DNA of 64,000 nt, from the NCBI GenBank assembly GCA_018713515.1, contig DVOO01000016.1, positions 62,659 through 126,658 of the forward strand, read 5' to 3'. Below the pieces are notes generated by a model. The model searched no databases. It was given only the letters and a program-made list of their open reading frames with translations, and was not told the DNA's origin. Position 1 is the stretch's first letter; the number at the start of each line of letters is the position of its first letter. Both the position numbers and the translations under genes were made by a program. This document shows positions 9,532-18,931 of this stretch, in pieces. Origin of the DNA: Candidatus Scatomonas pullistercoris. GTDB lineage: Bacteria > Bacillota > Clostridia > Lachnospirales > Lachnospiraceae.

Positions 9532-11067
9532 TTACTGCCCGTCATTCTTTTCCAGCCGGAACAGTTCATAGGAAAGCTCCAGATAAACTCTCTGTTCCCG
9601 ATCCTCCAGTTTCAGCCCTGTCAGTGCCTGGATCCGCTCCATCCTCTTCAGAAAGGAGCTTCTGGCAATGCACAGCTCCCGTGAGGCTGCCAGCGCATTG
9701 TACTGGCACTCCAGATATATGTACAGCGTCTGCTCCAGCTGTGTATGATGCTGCCCATCATATTCCCGGAGGATCAGAATAACCGGGGAACAGATCTGTT
9801 CCGGCAGGAACGTTCCGCTCCCGCAGCGCAGCAGATGCCGGTACGCGTAATCATCAAATTTATAATACCACCAGGTGGAATCCATAAGACTTCCTGTATC
9901 CAGCGCAATATCTGTCTGGAGCGCGGCGGCCGGGAGGGATCCCAGATTGCAAAAACAGCGGCTGAAGCCGGCCGAAAGCAGGCTCTCCCGCAGGAAATAC
10001 GCCAGCTCCTGGGTGAATGTTTTCCGGGTCATTTCCCCGTATCGTGTAAGGTTCAGCAAAGCTGTGATCTTTCCCGGACAAACAAGGCAGGTAATACCCG
10101 GCCAGAGGCTCTCCATATGGGAAGCCAGGGATTCATTCAGCTTATTTTCATTATCTGCCGCCCTGGAGCGGAACTGCAGAAGATAATACCGGTCTCTGCT
10201 TCCGTATTGAAGATTCTCCAGAGATCTCCGCAGAACGCCCTGATCCACCGCCTCCCCGGCCAGCAGCCGGGTCAGGATCTGCTTCCAGTGATTATCGCTC
10301 TGCTTCTGCAGGCGGAAGGTTCCCAGCTTCTGATACAGCCTTTCCGTATAACCGGCCACCACCGTCAGAATATGGCGGTAGTAGGCATCCTTCACCGGAT
10401 CTCCGGAAGCCGGCAGGGCCAGGCGCCCCACATACATGCCATTGTGGTAAATATTTTTGTGCAGAATATTTTCAATGCAGATATACTGGAAGGTATCCTG
10501 GATACTTTCCAGCTTCCGGAAATCCGGCATAGCCGTCAGGTAATTGATGTCTTCCAGGGGCAGACGCATCTCCGCATCCACATACTTTTTCTCATATCCG
10601 TTCCGGGCCGCCAGATGCTTGGAATAGCCAACATACCGGAACTGCACGTCCATCAGGGCCAGGGGATCCTCCAGCAGACAGTCGCAGCTGCGGATAACCG
10701 CCAGGTAGCTGTACAGATGGTTCACCGCATCCTCCAGCTCCGCTATCCATTTTTCATACCGGTCCCATATGGCCAGCGCCGCGTTCATCACCCGCGGCAG
10801 AGAGGCCTTCTCATTCAGCAGAATTGCCGTGTTCTGATGGCCGATCTTCACCTGCTCCCGGCAGGCACAGAGAAAAATGGTATTCTCCCAGTGGCGGGAA
10901 ACCGCTTTCAGTTCTCTTTCTTCTAATACTACCAAATGACCGCTGTTCTGCTCCTCTTCCTCCCAGAGTACCGGCCTTCCCGTATCCGGAATGCGCGCCG
11001 AAGTACATCTTGCCTCCGGAAAATACCGGCGAATCCAGTAAAAAGCAAAAATTCCGCTTCCGTTCAT
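9532..11067 (-). CDS. PucR/CdaR-family transcriptional regulator
   Basis: The C-terminal HTH segment (NALAASRELCIARSSFLKRMERIQALTG) is typical of PucR_C. I chose the ATG at 11067, which has AAGGAGGG 7 nt upstream. Confidence 0.75.
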   Translation of the reverse strand: MNGSGIFAFYWIRRYFPEARCTSARIPDTGRPVLWEEEEQNSGHLVVLEERELKAVSRHWENTIFLCACREQVKIGHQNTAILLNEKASLPRVMNAALAIWDRYEKWIAELEDAVNHLYSYLAVIRSCDCLLEDPLALMDVQFRYVGYSKHLAARNGYEKKYVDAEMRLPLEDINYLTAMPDFRKLESIQDTFQYICIENILHKNIYHNGMYVGRLALPASGDPVKDAYYRHILTVVAGYTERLYQKLGTFRLQKQSDNHWKQILTRLLAGEAVDQGVLRRSLENLQYGSRDRYYLLQFRSRAADNENKLNESLASHMESLWPGITCLVCPGKITALLNLTRYGEMTRKTFTQELAYFLRESLLSAGFSRCFCNLGSLPAAALQTDIALDTGSLMDSTWWYYKFDDYAYRHLLRCGSGTFLPEQICSPVILILREYDGQHHTQLEQTLYIYLECQYNALAASRELCIARSSFLKRMERIQALTGLKLEDREQRVYLELSYELFRLEKNDGQ

Positions 11068-11213
11068 GGTGCCCTCCTTTCCGGCAGTATTCCGTAATAC
11101 AAAGTGTATCCTTATCCTTCTCAAAAAGCAATCCCTTTGTTGTATTGTTTCCGGGAAACAGACAGGCTAAGATGATGGTAATACAAAAAACACCTGTGAA
11201 AGGAGCGCTGGCT

Positions 11214-12377
11214 ATGGCAAGAGAAAAATATAACCGTGAAAAAGAACATGAAATCATAGGAACCTACCCGCCCATCCGCGGAATGGAACTGGGCGGCACG
11301 CCGGACGGAGGTGTCAGCTTCGTTCCGGAAACGCCCCGCTTTTACAGGCCTATTCCCGTCTACGAAAATTTCAAAATGCTCTTTGCGGGAGAAAAGCCCT
11401 ACTGGATTCCCCGCTGCGGCTGGTTCTTCTGCGATGTAAATGAATTCCGTCCCCGGCAGCATCCGGATAATCTGGCCAACCACCAGGCCATCGACGGAGG
11501 AGATTTTGTCGATTACAAAGCCCAGGGAAACCTGTATTACGGATGGTTCCGCACACCTCTGGAATGGGAACCGAAATCCATGGGCGCCACCGTCCGCCCC
11601 GGAAACCCGCAGCTTACCGATATGTCCCGTTGGGAAGATTTTATTTCCATGCCGGACCTGGACGAAATAGACTGGGAAGAGATGCGGGAAATGAACCGGG
11701 AATATCTGGCTACCGATAAGGCCAATCAGCTGGGCATCCAGATGGGGCTGTGGGAACGTATGATGAATCTTATGGACGTTAACAACGCCGCGCTGGCTCT
11801 GATGGACGAGGATCAGGAGGAGGGCATTCACCGGTTCCTGGACCAGCTTTCCGATGTGTATGTGGAATACATTCGAAGAGTGTCCCGGATCGGACGGATC
11901 GACAGCGTTATGTTCCACGATGACTGGGGTACCCAGAACGGTCCCTTCTTCTCCCTGGAAACCTGCCGCAGGTTCTTTGTTCCGCCCATGAAAAAAATTG
12001 TCCGGGCCTGCCATGATCTGGGGATTATTTTTGAACACCACTGCTGCGGAAAGGCGGAGAAGCTGGTGCCGGCCATGGTGGAGTGCGGATCTGATTTCTG
12101 GTTCCCCCAGGCCGCCATCAACGACGTGGATCAGCTGATCGAAGACTACAAGGACGCCCCCATTACCTTTGCTGTCAGCAGCCCTCTCCTGCCCGCCGCC
12201 TGCTCTGAAGCGGAGATCCGGGAGCTGGCCGCAAAATGGGTGGACAAATATAAAGACAAGGGCATCCTCCTCTGCCAGGATGTATCCCTGAACGGAAATC
12301 CGGACCATAACCCGGCGATGTATCCCATCTTTGAAGATGCGGTCTACGAATACAGCCGCATCGCTTATCAGGATTAA
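11214..12377 (+). CDS. uroporphyrinogen decarboxylase (URO-D) family protein, MtaA/CmuA-like
   Basis: 387 aa with HDDWGTQNG and EHHCCGKAE segments typical of the URO-D / methylcobamide methyltransferase family. A GAAAGGAG RBS precedes the ATG at 11214. The track ORF extends falsely upstream into the regulator gene. Confidence 0.75.
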   Translation: MAREKYNREKEHEIIGTYPPIRGMELGGTPDGGVSFVPETPRFYRPIPVYENFKMLFAGEKPYWIPRCGWFFCDVNEFRPRQHPDNLANHQAIDGGDFVDYKAQGNLYYGWFRTPLEWEPKSMGATVRPGNPQLTDMSRWEDFISMPDLDEIDWEEMREMNREYLATDKANQLGIQMGLWERMMNLMDVNNAALALMDEDQEEGIHRFLDQLSDVYVEYIRRVSRIGRIDSVMFHDDWGTQNGPFFSLETCRRFFVPPMKKIVRACHDLGIIFEHHCCGKAEKLVPAMVECGSDFWFPQAAINDVDQLIEDYKDAPITFAVSSPLLPAACSEAEIRELAAKWVDKYKDKGILLCQDVSLNGNPDHNPAMYPIFEDAVYEYSRIAYQD

Positions 12378-12382
12378 CCTTT

Positions 12383-12418
12383 CAGCCGTCTCCCTTCCAC
12401 GGGAGACGGCTGTTTTTA
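12383..12418 (+). terminator. intrinsic terminator
   Basis: CAGCCGTCTCCC pairs with GGGAGACGGCTG as a perfect 12-bp stem around a 6-nt loop, followed by TTTTT. It starts 6 nt after the stop codon. Confidence 0.85.
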
Positions 12419-12677
12419 ACTACATTTTGTAGGATATCTGCGGCTTTTACGCTTCATTTCCATGGTTTTTCATTTCCAAATTAACTTCCGAAAACTCCCG
12501 TGATACCCTGAAATTGTATACAGTATTATCGTTTTATTTTTATAAATTTCTGTTTTTAATACTTTTATAGCCTTGTTTCTGTTAATTATATTATTTCTAT
12601 AAGCTACACCTTGTCGTCACAGCTCATGTGTACGCAGCACGGAAATCCAAAAGCACATTTGAAAGGAGAAGGAAGGT

Positions 12678-14147
12678 ATGAACTACAAATCAGACATTGA
12701 AATTGCCCAGGCATGTACCATGGAGCCTATTACCCGGATTGCCCAAAAAGCCGGCATCGATGACCGCTACCTGGAACAGTACGGAAAATATAAGGCGAAG
12801 ATCAACTACAGCCTGCTGTCGGAAAACGATGCCCCGGACGGAAAGCTCATATTGGTAACGGCTATCAATCCGACGCCTGCCGGTGAAGGAAAAACCACCA
12901 CCATCGGCCTGGCAGACGCCCTGCAAAGGGCCGGCAAAAAGGTAGTTGCCGCCCTGCGCGAACCCTCTCTGGGCCCCATTTTCGGCGTCAAGGGCGGCGC
13001 CGCCGGCGGAGGCTATTCCCAGGTAGTTCCCATGGAGGATATCAATCTCCACTTTACCGGTGACTTTCATGCTATCAGCACCGCCAACAATCTTCTTGCC
13101 GCTCTGATTGACAACCATATTTACCAGGGCAACAAACTGAATATCGATCCCCGCAGGATCACCTGGCGGAGATGTATGGACATGAATGACCGGCAGCTGC
13201 GCAGCGTGGTGGACGGCCTGGGCGGAAAAAGCAACGGAACGCCCCGGGAGGACGGCTACGACATCACCGCCGCTTCCGAGATCATGGCTGTTCTCTGTCT
13301 GGCCGATGATATCGATGATCTCAAGGCCCGGCTGTCCAGACTGGTGGTGGGCTACACCTATGGAAAGGCCTCGGAGCAGAAACCGGTGACTGCCGGAGAT
13401 CTTCACGCGGAGGGCGCCATGTGCGCGCTGCTGAAAGATGCCCTGAAGCCCAACCTGGTCCAGACCCTGGAGCATACGCCGGCCATCGTCCACGGAGGGC
13501 CCTTTGCCAATATTGCCCACGGCTGCAATTCTGTAACCGCCACCCGCATGGCACTGAAGCTGGGAGATTACTGTGTGACAGAGGCGGGCTTCGGCGCCGA
13601 TCTGGGGGCGGAAAAATTCCTGGATATCAAATGCCGTATGGCCGGACTTACTCCCAATGCGGTCGTTGTCGTAGCCAGCGTCCGGGCGCTGAAGCATAGC
13701 GGCGGCGTTTCCCTGGGCGAACTGGATCAGGAGAACCTGGAAGCGCTGGAGCGGGGGCTTCCCAATCTGCTGAAGCATGTAAGCAACATCCGGGACGTCT
13801 TCCATCTGCCCTGCGTGGTGGCTGTCAACGCGTTCCCCTCGGACACCGGGGCAGAGCTGCAGCTTCTGCAGCAGAAATGCCGGGAGCTGGGAGTTAACGC
13901 CGTAATCTCTGAAGTCTGGGCAAAGGGCGGAGAGGGCGGCGCTGCCCTGGCCCGGGAGGTCATCCGCCTCTGTGAGGAGGATAATTCCGGCTTTACGGTA
14001 ACCGTGCGGAATCTGAAGGTCTCCGCGGGCGCCGGCTTCATCGTAGCTCTCATCGGGGAAATCATGACCATGCCGGGCCTGCCCAAGTGTCCGGCTGCGG
14101 AAAATATTGACATCGACCGCTCGGGACGGATTTCCGGCCTGTTCTGA
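12678..14147 (+). CDS. fhs: formate--tetrahydrofolate ligase, with an internal in-frame deletion
   Basis: It matches the FTHFS family along its whole length ([10 protein letters not shown]-loop, [31 protein letters not shown]). It is 489 aa, whereas typical FTHFS enzymes are about 555-560 aa. The missing block falls at EDNSGF|TVTVR. Confidence 0.88.
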   Translation: MNYKSDIEIAQACTMEPITRIAQKAGIDDRYLEQYGKYKAKINYSLLSENDAPDGKLILVTAINPTPAGEGKTTTIGLADALQRAGKKVVAALREPSLGPIFGVKGGAAGGGYSQVVPMEDINLHFTGDFHAISTANNLLAALIDNHIYQGNKLNIDPRRITWRRCMDMNDRQLRSVVDGLGGKSNGTPREDGYDITAASEIMAVLCLADDIDDLKARLSRLVVGYTYGKASEQKPVTAGDLHAEGAMCALLKDALKPNLVQTLEHTPAIVHGGPFANIAHGCNSVTATRMALKLGDYCVTEAGFGADLGAEKFLDIKCRMAGLTPNAVVVVASVRALKHSGGVSLGELDQENLEALERGLPNLLKHVSNIRDVFHLPCVVAVNAFPSDTGAELQLLQQKCRELGVNAVISEVWAKGGEGGAALAREVIRLCEEDNSGFTVTVRNLKVSAGAGFIVALIGEIMTMPGLPKCPAAENIDIDRSGRISGLF

Positions 14148-14236
14148 TTCTTTTCTTCTGCCGGATATGTACAGCAGAAAGGGGAGGATGTCCCAGAATC
14201 CGGGACATTCTCCCCCATTTTACGCAATATTCTCTT

Positions 14237-16372
14237 CTACATGGACTTCCGCTCGGCGATCTCCGCCATCTTGGCGCTGTTCAGCCGCGTATCTCCGTGG
14301 ACCCGGCTGTAGGACAGATAGCCGTTCATCCGGTCAATTTTCGTAAGATTCCGCGAACCGCATACGGGGCACACATCCATCTCCAGCTCCTGGTGGCCGC
14401 AGTCATCGCAGTAAGCCAGGGAAAGATTGACTCCCTCATAAAATCCCTTGTCCATGGCTCTGCGGATCAGGGTCCGGATAGCCTCCTTATTATAGCTGAC
14501 GGGATACCGGACATACTGGATCTTTCCTCCGTTCAGAAGATTCCAGAACCTCCCCTCCTTATCCTGCTTCTCGATGGGGGTAATATCCTCTGTCACATGG
14601 CAGTGGAAGGAATTGCTCACGTACGGCCTGTCCGAAACATTCCGCACAATGCCGTACATCTTCCGGAACTGCTCCACCTGCAGGCCGCAGAGAGATTCCG
14701 CCGGCGTGCCGTAGATGGCATACAGAATACCGTCCTCCCTCTTATACTGATCAATCTTCCTGTTAATATAACGCATGACCTCCAGGGCGAATTCCCCATC
14801 CTCGGCAATGGATTTTCCATTGTAGAGTTCCTGAAGCTCATTGAGAGCCGTAATGCCAAAGGATGCGGTCATGGGCTTCAGCAGCGGGCGGATCTTGTCA
14901 GAGGGCTTCAGATGTCCCCCGTAAAAGCCTCCCTCGCAGTATCCCAGGGGATTGGTGGAGGCCCGCATCTCTCCCAGATAATCATAGGTCCTCTTGTGAA
15001 GATCCCGGATCATCTCCAGATAAAAGTCCAGAACCTCATAGAAATCCCGGTTTTCCGATTTAGCTCTGGCCAGGATCATGGGGAGGTGCAGAGAAACAGC
15101 GCCGATATTAAAGCGCCCCACGAATACCGGCTTATCGTCTTCATCGGCCGGCTCCATGCCGCCCCGCTCATACCAGGGACTTAAGAATGCCCGGCAGCCC
15201 ATGGGGCTGATCACACGTCCGTATTTCTGATACATCTCGGAAATATAACCCTCTCCGCTCATGGAAAGCCAGTCCGGATACATGGTTTTGGCCGAACATT
15301 CCAGGCCGGCCTCGAAGACATCCTCGCAGGGAGCTCCCGGGCCGTGAATCGCCTTGTCGTACAAAAAAACAATCTTCGGGAAAAGCACCGGTTTCTTAAA
15401 TCCCTTCTTTCCCTGGCCCTCCTTGTGCACCTGGAGAAGGGAAATGGAAATCATTTTTTCAAAGGGCTCTGTTCCAAGGCCCAGCGTCACGGTCACAAAG
15501 GGATAATCCCCCCGGGAAGATCCCACCGTATTCAGCTTGTACTCAATGCCCTGCCAGCCCTGGTCACATTCCCGGCGCACCTTGTCCAGGGCGTAGGTAA
15601 CGGCTCTTTCCTCTCTGCCCTCCCAGCTCTCGTCCGCGTATTTCAGAAATTCATTGATATATTTGTCATAGCTTTTCCGGGCATAGGGAGCCAGGATCTT
15701 ATCCACTTCCGGCACGGTAAAGCCTCCATACTGCTGGGCCGCCGTACTTAAGATAATATCTCCCATCACATCGAAGGCCGTATCCAGGCTCTTGGGCTCA
15801 TTGTACCACACGTTTCCCATCTCAAAACCGCCCTTCAGAACACTGGCCACATCAAAAAGACAGCAGTTCATGGTATCCAGCCTGGCCGACTGGTCGTGAA
15901 TATAGATATATCCGTCTTTGCAGGCCTGCAGCTCATTCCGGTTCATAAAAAATTTCCGGTAAAGCTCCTTGTTCAGCTCATTAAAAATCAGGCTCCGCTT
16001 GGTGGCCACCAGCGCGCTGTCCGTGTTGGCATTGCTCTTATCTCCGATGTACCGGATGGACTGGCTTTTTGTGTACACCTCATCCATCATATGGATAAAA
16101 TCCACCTTATAATTCCGGTAATCCCGATAGCTCTTGGCCACCGCCGGATTCACCTGATCCAGCGCCCCCTCCACAATGCAGTGCATATCCGCGATGGGAA
16201 TCTCCTCTTTTCCCAGAGCCTCTGCCCGCTCTCTGGCGAACCGGCAGATAAAGTCGTTCTCCTCCGGGGTGAAGGTGTAGAGGATCCTTCTGGCTGATTT
16301 ATTCACCGCCCTGACAATCTTGGAGGCGTCAAAGGGTTCTCTTGTTCCGTCTTTCTTTACAACGTATATCAT
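14237..16372 (-). CDS. nrdD: anaerobic ribonucleoside-triphosphate reductase
   Basis: It has an N-terminal ATP-cone (VVKKDGTREPFDASKI), a C-terminal Zn ribbon (CDDCGH..CPVCGS) and a glycyl-radical segment (RMNGYLS). The ATG at 16372 has an AAGGAG RBS. Confidence 0.93.
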   Translation of the reverse strand: MIYVVKKDGTREPFDASKIVRAVNKSARRILYTFTPEENDFICRFARERAEALGKEEIPIADMHCIVEGALDQVNPAVAKSYRDYRNYKVDFIHMMDEVYTKSQSIRYIGDKSNANTDSALVATKRSLIFNELNKELYRKFFMNRNELQACKDGYIYIHDQSARLDTMNCCLFDVASVLKGGFEMGNVWYNEPKSLDTAFDVMGDIILSTAAQQYGGFTVPEVDKILAPYARKSYDKYINEFLKYADESWEGREERAVTYALDKVRRECDQGWQGIEYKLNTVGSSRGDYPFVTVTLGLGTEPFEKMISISLLQVHKEGQGKKGFKKPVLFPKIVFLYDKAIHGPGAPCEDVFEAGLECSAKTMYPDWLSMSGEGYISEMYQKYGRVISPMGCRAFLSPWYERGGMEPADEDDKPVFVGRFNIGAVSLHLPMILARAKSENRDFYEVLDFYLEMIRDLHKRTYDYLGEMRASTNPLGYCEGGFYGGHLKPSDKIRPLLKPMTASFGITALNELQELYNGKSIAEDGEFALEVMRYINRKIDQYKREDGILYAIYGTPAESLCGLQVEQFRKMYGIVRNVSDRPYVSNSFHCHVTEDITPIEKQDKEGRFWNLLNGGKIQYVRYPVSYNKEAIRTLIRRAMDKGFYEGVNLSLAYCDDCGHQELEMDVCPVCGSRNLTKIDRMNGYLSYSRVHGDTRLNSAKMAEIAERKSM

Positions 16373-16414
16373 GGCTGCTCCTTTTCGGGGAAGCCCTGGG
16401 CTTCCATATCTTGT

Positions 16415-16448
16415 GCTGTATATTTTATGCGAACGCAATATATTGTAT
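16415..16448 (-). promoter_or_regulatory. candidate NrdR box(es) overlapping the nrdD promoter
   Basis: The minus strand reads ATACAATATATTGCGT (16448-16433), close to the acaCwAtATaTwGtgt consensus. It overlaps an extended -10 element, TGaTACAAT. A second, weak copy GCATAAAATATACAGC lies at 16430-16415. Confidence 0.4.
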
Positions 16449-16483
16449 CACGCTTTCTATCAAATGAAAAGCCCCTTATCTCG

Positions 16484-17320
16484 TTAAAATTTTATCTCTC
16501 CCTCAAAAACCGTTGCCGCCGGTCCCGTCATAAAAACAGAACCGCTCTGCCGGTCCCAGCAGATCTTCAGTTCTCCCCCGGCCAGCCGCACTGTCACACT
16601 TCTTCCCCGGATCCAGCCGTTCTCCACTGCGGCCACAGCAGCCGCACAGGCTCCCGTCCCGCAGGCCAGCGTTTCCCCGGAGCCCCTCTCCCAGACACGC
16701 ATCCGGATGGTTTCCGGATCCAGAATCTCCACGAACTCCGTATTGATCCGGTCAGGAAAATCCCGGTAGCACTCAAATTCCGGGCCGAAGCGGGCCAGAT
16801 CCAGACCGGCCGCATCCTTCACCTGCACCACCGCGTGAGGATTGCCCATGGACACGGCTGTGTAAAGAAAATCCCTCCCCCGGATCCGGACGGGGACATT
16901 CTGCGCCCGCTCCGTCTCCGACCGGACGGGTATTTTGGCGGCTGTCAGCTCCGGCCGCCCCATATCCACCTGTACCTCCGATACCTTCTGATCTTTTACG
17001 GTCAAAATCAGATGTTTTATCCCGCTCCTGGTCTCCACGGAAATCTGTTTTCTGGAAGTCAGTCCCTTGTCGTATACATATTTTGCCAGGCAGCGGATTC
17101 CATTGCCGCACATGGCTCCCTCGGAGCCGTCCGCATTATACATGGCCATGGCAAAATCTGCTCTTTTGGAAGGTTTGATGAGGATCAGTCCATCGGAACC
17201 GATCCCGAAGTGCCGGTCGCTTACCCTCCGCGCGGTCTCCCGGGGATCATCCACCCGTTCCCGAAAACAGTCCACGTAGACGTAATCGTTGCCGCACCCG
17301 TGCATTTTCGTAAATCGCAT
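16484..17320 (-). CDS. dapF: diaminopimelate epimerase
   Basis: It starts MRFTKMHGCGNDYVYV and both catalytic Cys motifs (GNGIRC, SGETLACGTGA) are present. A GGAGGG RBS precedes the ATG at 17320. Confidence 0.9.
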   Translation of the reverse strand: MRFTKMHGCGNDYVYVDCFRERVDDPRETARRVSDRHFGIGSDGLILIKPSKRADFAMAMYNADGSEGAMCGNGIRCLAKYVYDKGLTSRKQISVETRSGIKHLILTVKDQKVSEVQVDMGRPELTAAKIPVRSETERAQNVPVRIRGRDFLYTAVSMGNPHAVVQVKDAAGLDLARFGPEFECYRDFPDRINTEFVEILDPETIRMRVWERGSGETLACGTGACAAAVAAVENGWIRGRSVTVRLAGGELKICWDRQSGSVFMTGPAATVFEGEIKF

Positions 17321-17350
17321 ACACCCTCCACGACATTCTGACAGCAATAT

Positions 17351-18109
17351 TTACTTTGTCTTCCCTTCCTTCACCCGGAAGTATATCTGTTTCTGGTCGT
17401 TTCCATCGGACACCTTATTAATCTCATAGCATCCCAGAGATTTCATAAAGGGCGTCAGCTTCGTGAACCCGAAATTCCGCACATCAAAATCCGGCAGACG
17501 TTTGGAGAGCTGGTCGCCCAGCTTCCCGGAAAATATCCATCCGTCCTCGTCGGAAAATTTCTCGATAATGGTATCGATGGTCTTCTTCGTCTTCTCCAGT
17601 TCCTTCTGGGGTTTGTTCTTTTCCCGGCGCTTCTTCGTCTGGGGCGCCGGAACCTCCATCTCCTCCTGCTTCTTTTCGTAAAGAAGATCCAGATATTTAA
17701 ACTGGTTGCAGGCAGAAATAAAGGGCTGCGGCGTCTTGCTCTCTCCCATGCCGATCACCTGCATGCCTGCTTCCCGCAGCCTGGCCGCCAGCCGGGTAAA
17801 ATCACTGTCTGAAGAGGCCAGGCAGAAGCCGTCCACCGTCTTGGAATACAGAATATCCATGGCGTCTATGATCATGGCCGAATCCGTGGCATTTTTTCCC
17901 GTGGTGTAGCTGTACTGCTGCATGGGGATAATGGAATTATCCAGCAGAACCGCCTTCCAGGAGGCCAGCTGCGGGCTGGTCCAGTCCCCGTAAATCCTCT
18001 TGTAGGTGGCGATTCCGCTGTTGGCCGTCTCCTCCAGAATAATTTTAATGTATTTATCCGAAATGTTGTCCGCGTCAATCAGAACCGCGAACTTCAGTTC
18101 ATTCTCCAT
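17351..18109 (-). CDS. NYN (LabA-like) domain protein with a C-terminal OST-HTH/LOTUS-like domain
   Basis: The N-terminus FAVLIDADNISDKY..YGDW..ASSDSDFTRL fits a NYN/PIN-like nuclease fold. A K/E-rich linker follows, then a roughly 70-aa C-terminal domain (DGWIFSGKLGDQLSKRLPDFDVRNFGF). Confidence 0.7.
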   Translation of the reverse strand: MENELKFAVLIDADNISDKYIKIILEETANSGIATYKRIYGDWTSPQLASWKAVLLDNSIIPMQQYSYTTGKNATDSAMIIDAMDILYSKTVDGFCLASSDSDFTRLAARLREAGMQVIGMGESKTPQPFISACNQFKYLDLLYEKKQEEMEVPAPQTKKRREKNKPQKELEKTKKTIDTIIEKFSDEDGWIFSGKLGDQLSKRLPDFDVRNFGFTKLTPFMKSLGCYEINKVSDGNDQKQIYFRVKEGKTK

Positions 18110-18143
18110 GTACTGCCCCCTTTTTTCTCGCTTCTATAGTTTC

Positions 18144-18878
18144 TTATGCGGGTATCCAGGTCCCGTCCCTGTCTATGTATCCCTCTCCGCCGCCCAGCAG
18201 TCCGGAAAGTGTCACCGTCTCAAATCCCCGGGCGGCAAGCATCTTATCCATGCCCGCCAGAGCCTCCGCTGTGTGTCCCCCATCGGTCCGGCACAGGATG
18301 ATGGATCCGGATTCCAGATTTTCCGAGATCTGGCGGATAATCGCGTCTGCCCCGTACTCCTTCCAATCCAGGCTGTCCAAGCTCCATCCCACGGTCCGCA
18401 GCCCGCAGTCTCCTGCGGCGCGGATGGTCTCCCGGCTGCAGATCTCTTCCTCTGACCGGTAAAGCCCGATCTCCTTCCCGGCCAGTTCCTCCAGCCTTTC
18501 CTTTTCTTCCGTAAGTTCTTCCTTCGTCTTCTGACCGTCTCCCAGTATGCCCAGCTCATGGCCGGATTCCGCCATTTCCCGCAGCTCCTCCGGATGGCTT
18601 CCCGCCCATTCCTCCGCAACGAAGAATGCCGCTTTCATCCCTCCGCTGTTCAGGGCATCCAGGATTTCCCGGATCCCGTCCTCCGGCCAGGAGGCATTGA
18701 AGGTCAGCGCTGTTTTTGGTTCCTCTGTCTGCACTGCGCGTATGGGGACCTCATATTCCTTTGCCGTGCTCCCGCTGACCTCGATCCAGCTTTTTCCCAC
18801 ATCTGCTCCGTACAGCAGAGTCATGGAAACCATGGTCACCAGTCCAAACAGGAACACTCCCGGGGCATGATTTTTCAT
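18144..18878 (-). CDS. polysaccharide deacetylase family protein (PdaB-like)
   Basis: It has a signal/anchor segment and then NodB-like segments (LTFNASW.., FFV..W, GHELG). The track ORF starts at a GTG (18905). I chose the ATG at 18878, which has a GGGAG RBS. Confidence 0.7.
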   Translation of the reverse strand: MKNHAPGVFLFGLVTMVSMTLLYGADVGKSWIEVSGSTAKEYEVPIRAVQTEEPKTALTFNASWPEDGIREILDALNSGGMKAAFFVAEEWAGSHPEELREMAESGHELGILGDGQKTKEELTEEKERLEELAGKEIGLYRSEEEICSRETIRAAGDCGLRTVGWSLDSLDWKEYGADAIIRQISENLESGSIILCRTDGGHTAEALAGMDKMLAARGFETVTLSGLLGGGEGYIDRDGTWIPA

Positions 18879-18931
18879 TTTACCCGTCTCCCATACCTTT
18901 TCCACTTATTATATGACAGACGGGAATGTCC

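Noticed and set aside
10824-11213. Upstream extension of the URO-D-family ORF (517-aa version)
   Set aside because: It overlaps the divergently transcribed PucR regulator and the intergenic region. A good RBS and ATG at 11214 marks the real start.
12419-12677. ZTP or THF riboswitch upstream of fhs
   Set aside because: I searched by eye for the conserved cores (ACUGGCG...CCGCCUGGGC for ZTP, and the THF-I core) and found none. The only resemblance is a short GTCGTCAC string.
16415-16430. Second NrdR box
   Set aside because: Only about 9 of 16 positions match the consensus, and the spacing to the first box (18 bp) is atypical. I keep it only as a weak note inside the regulatory feature.
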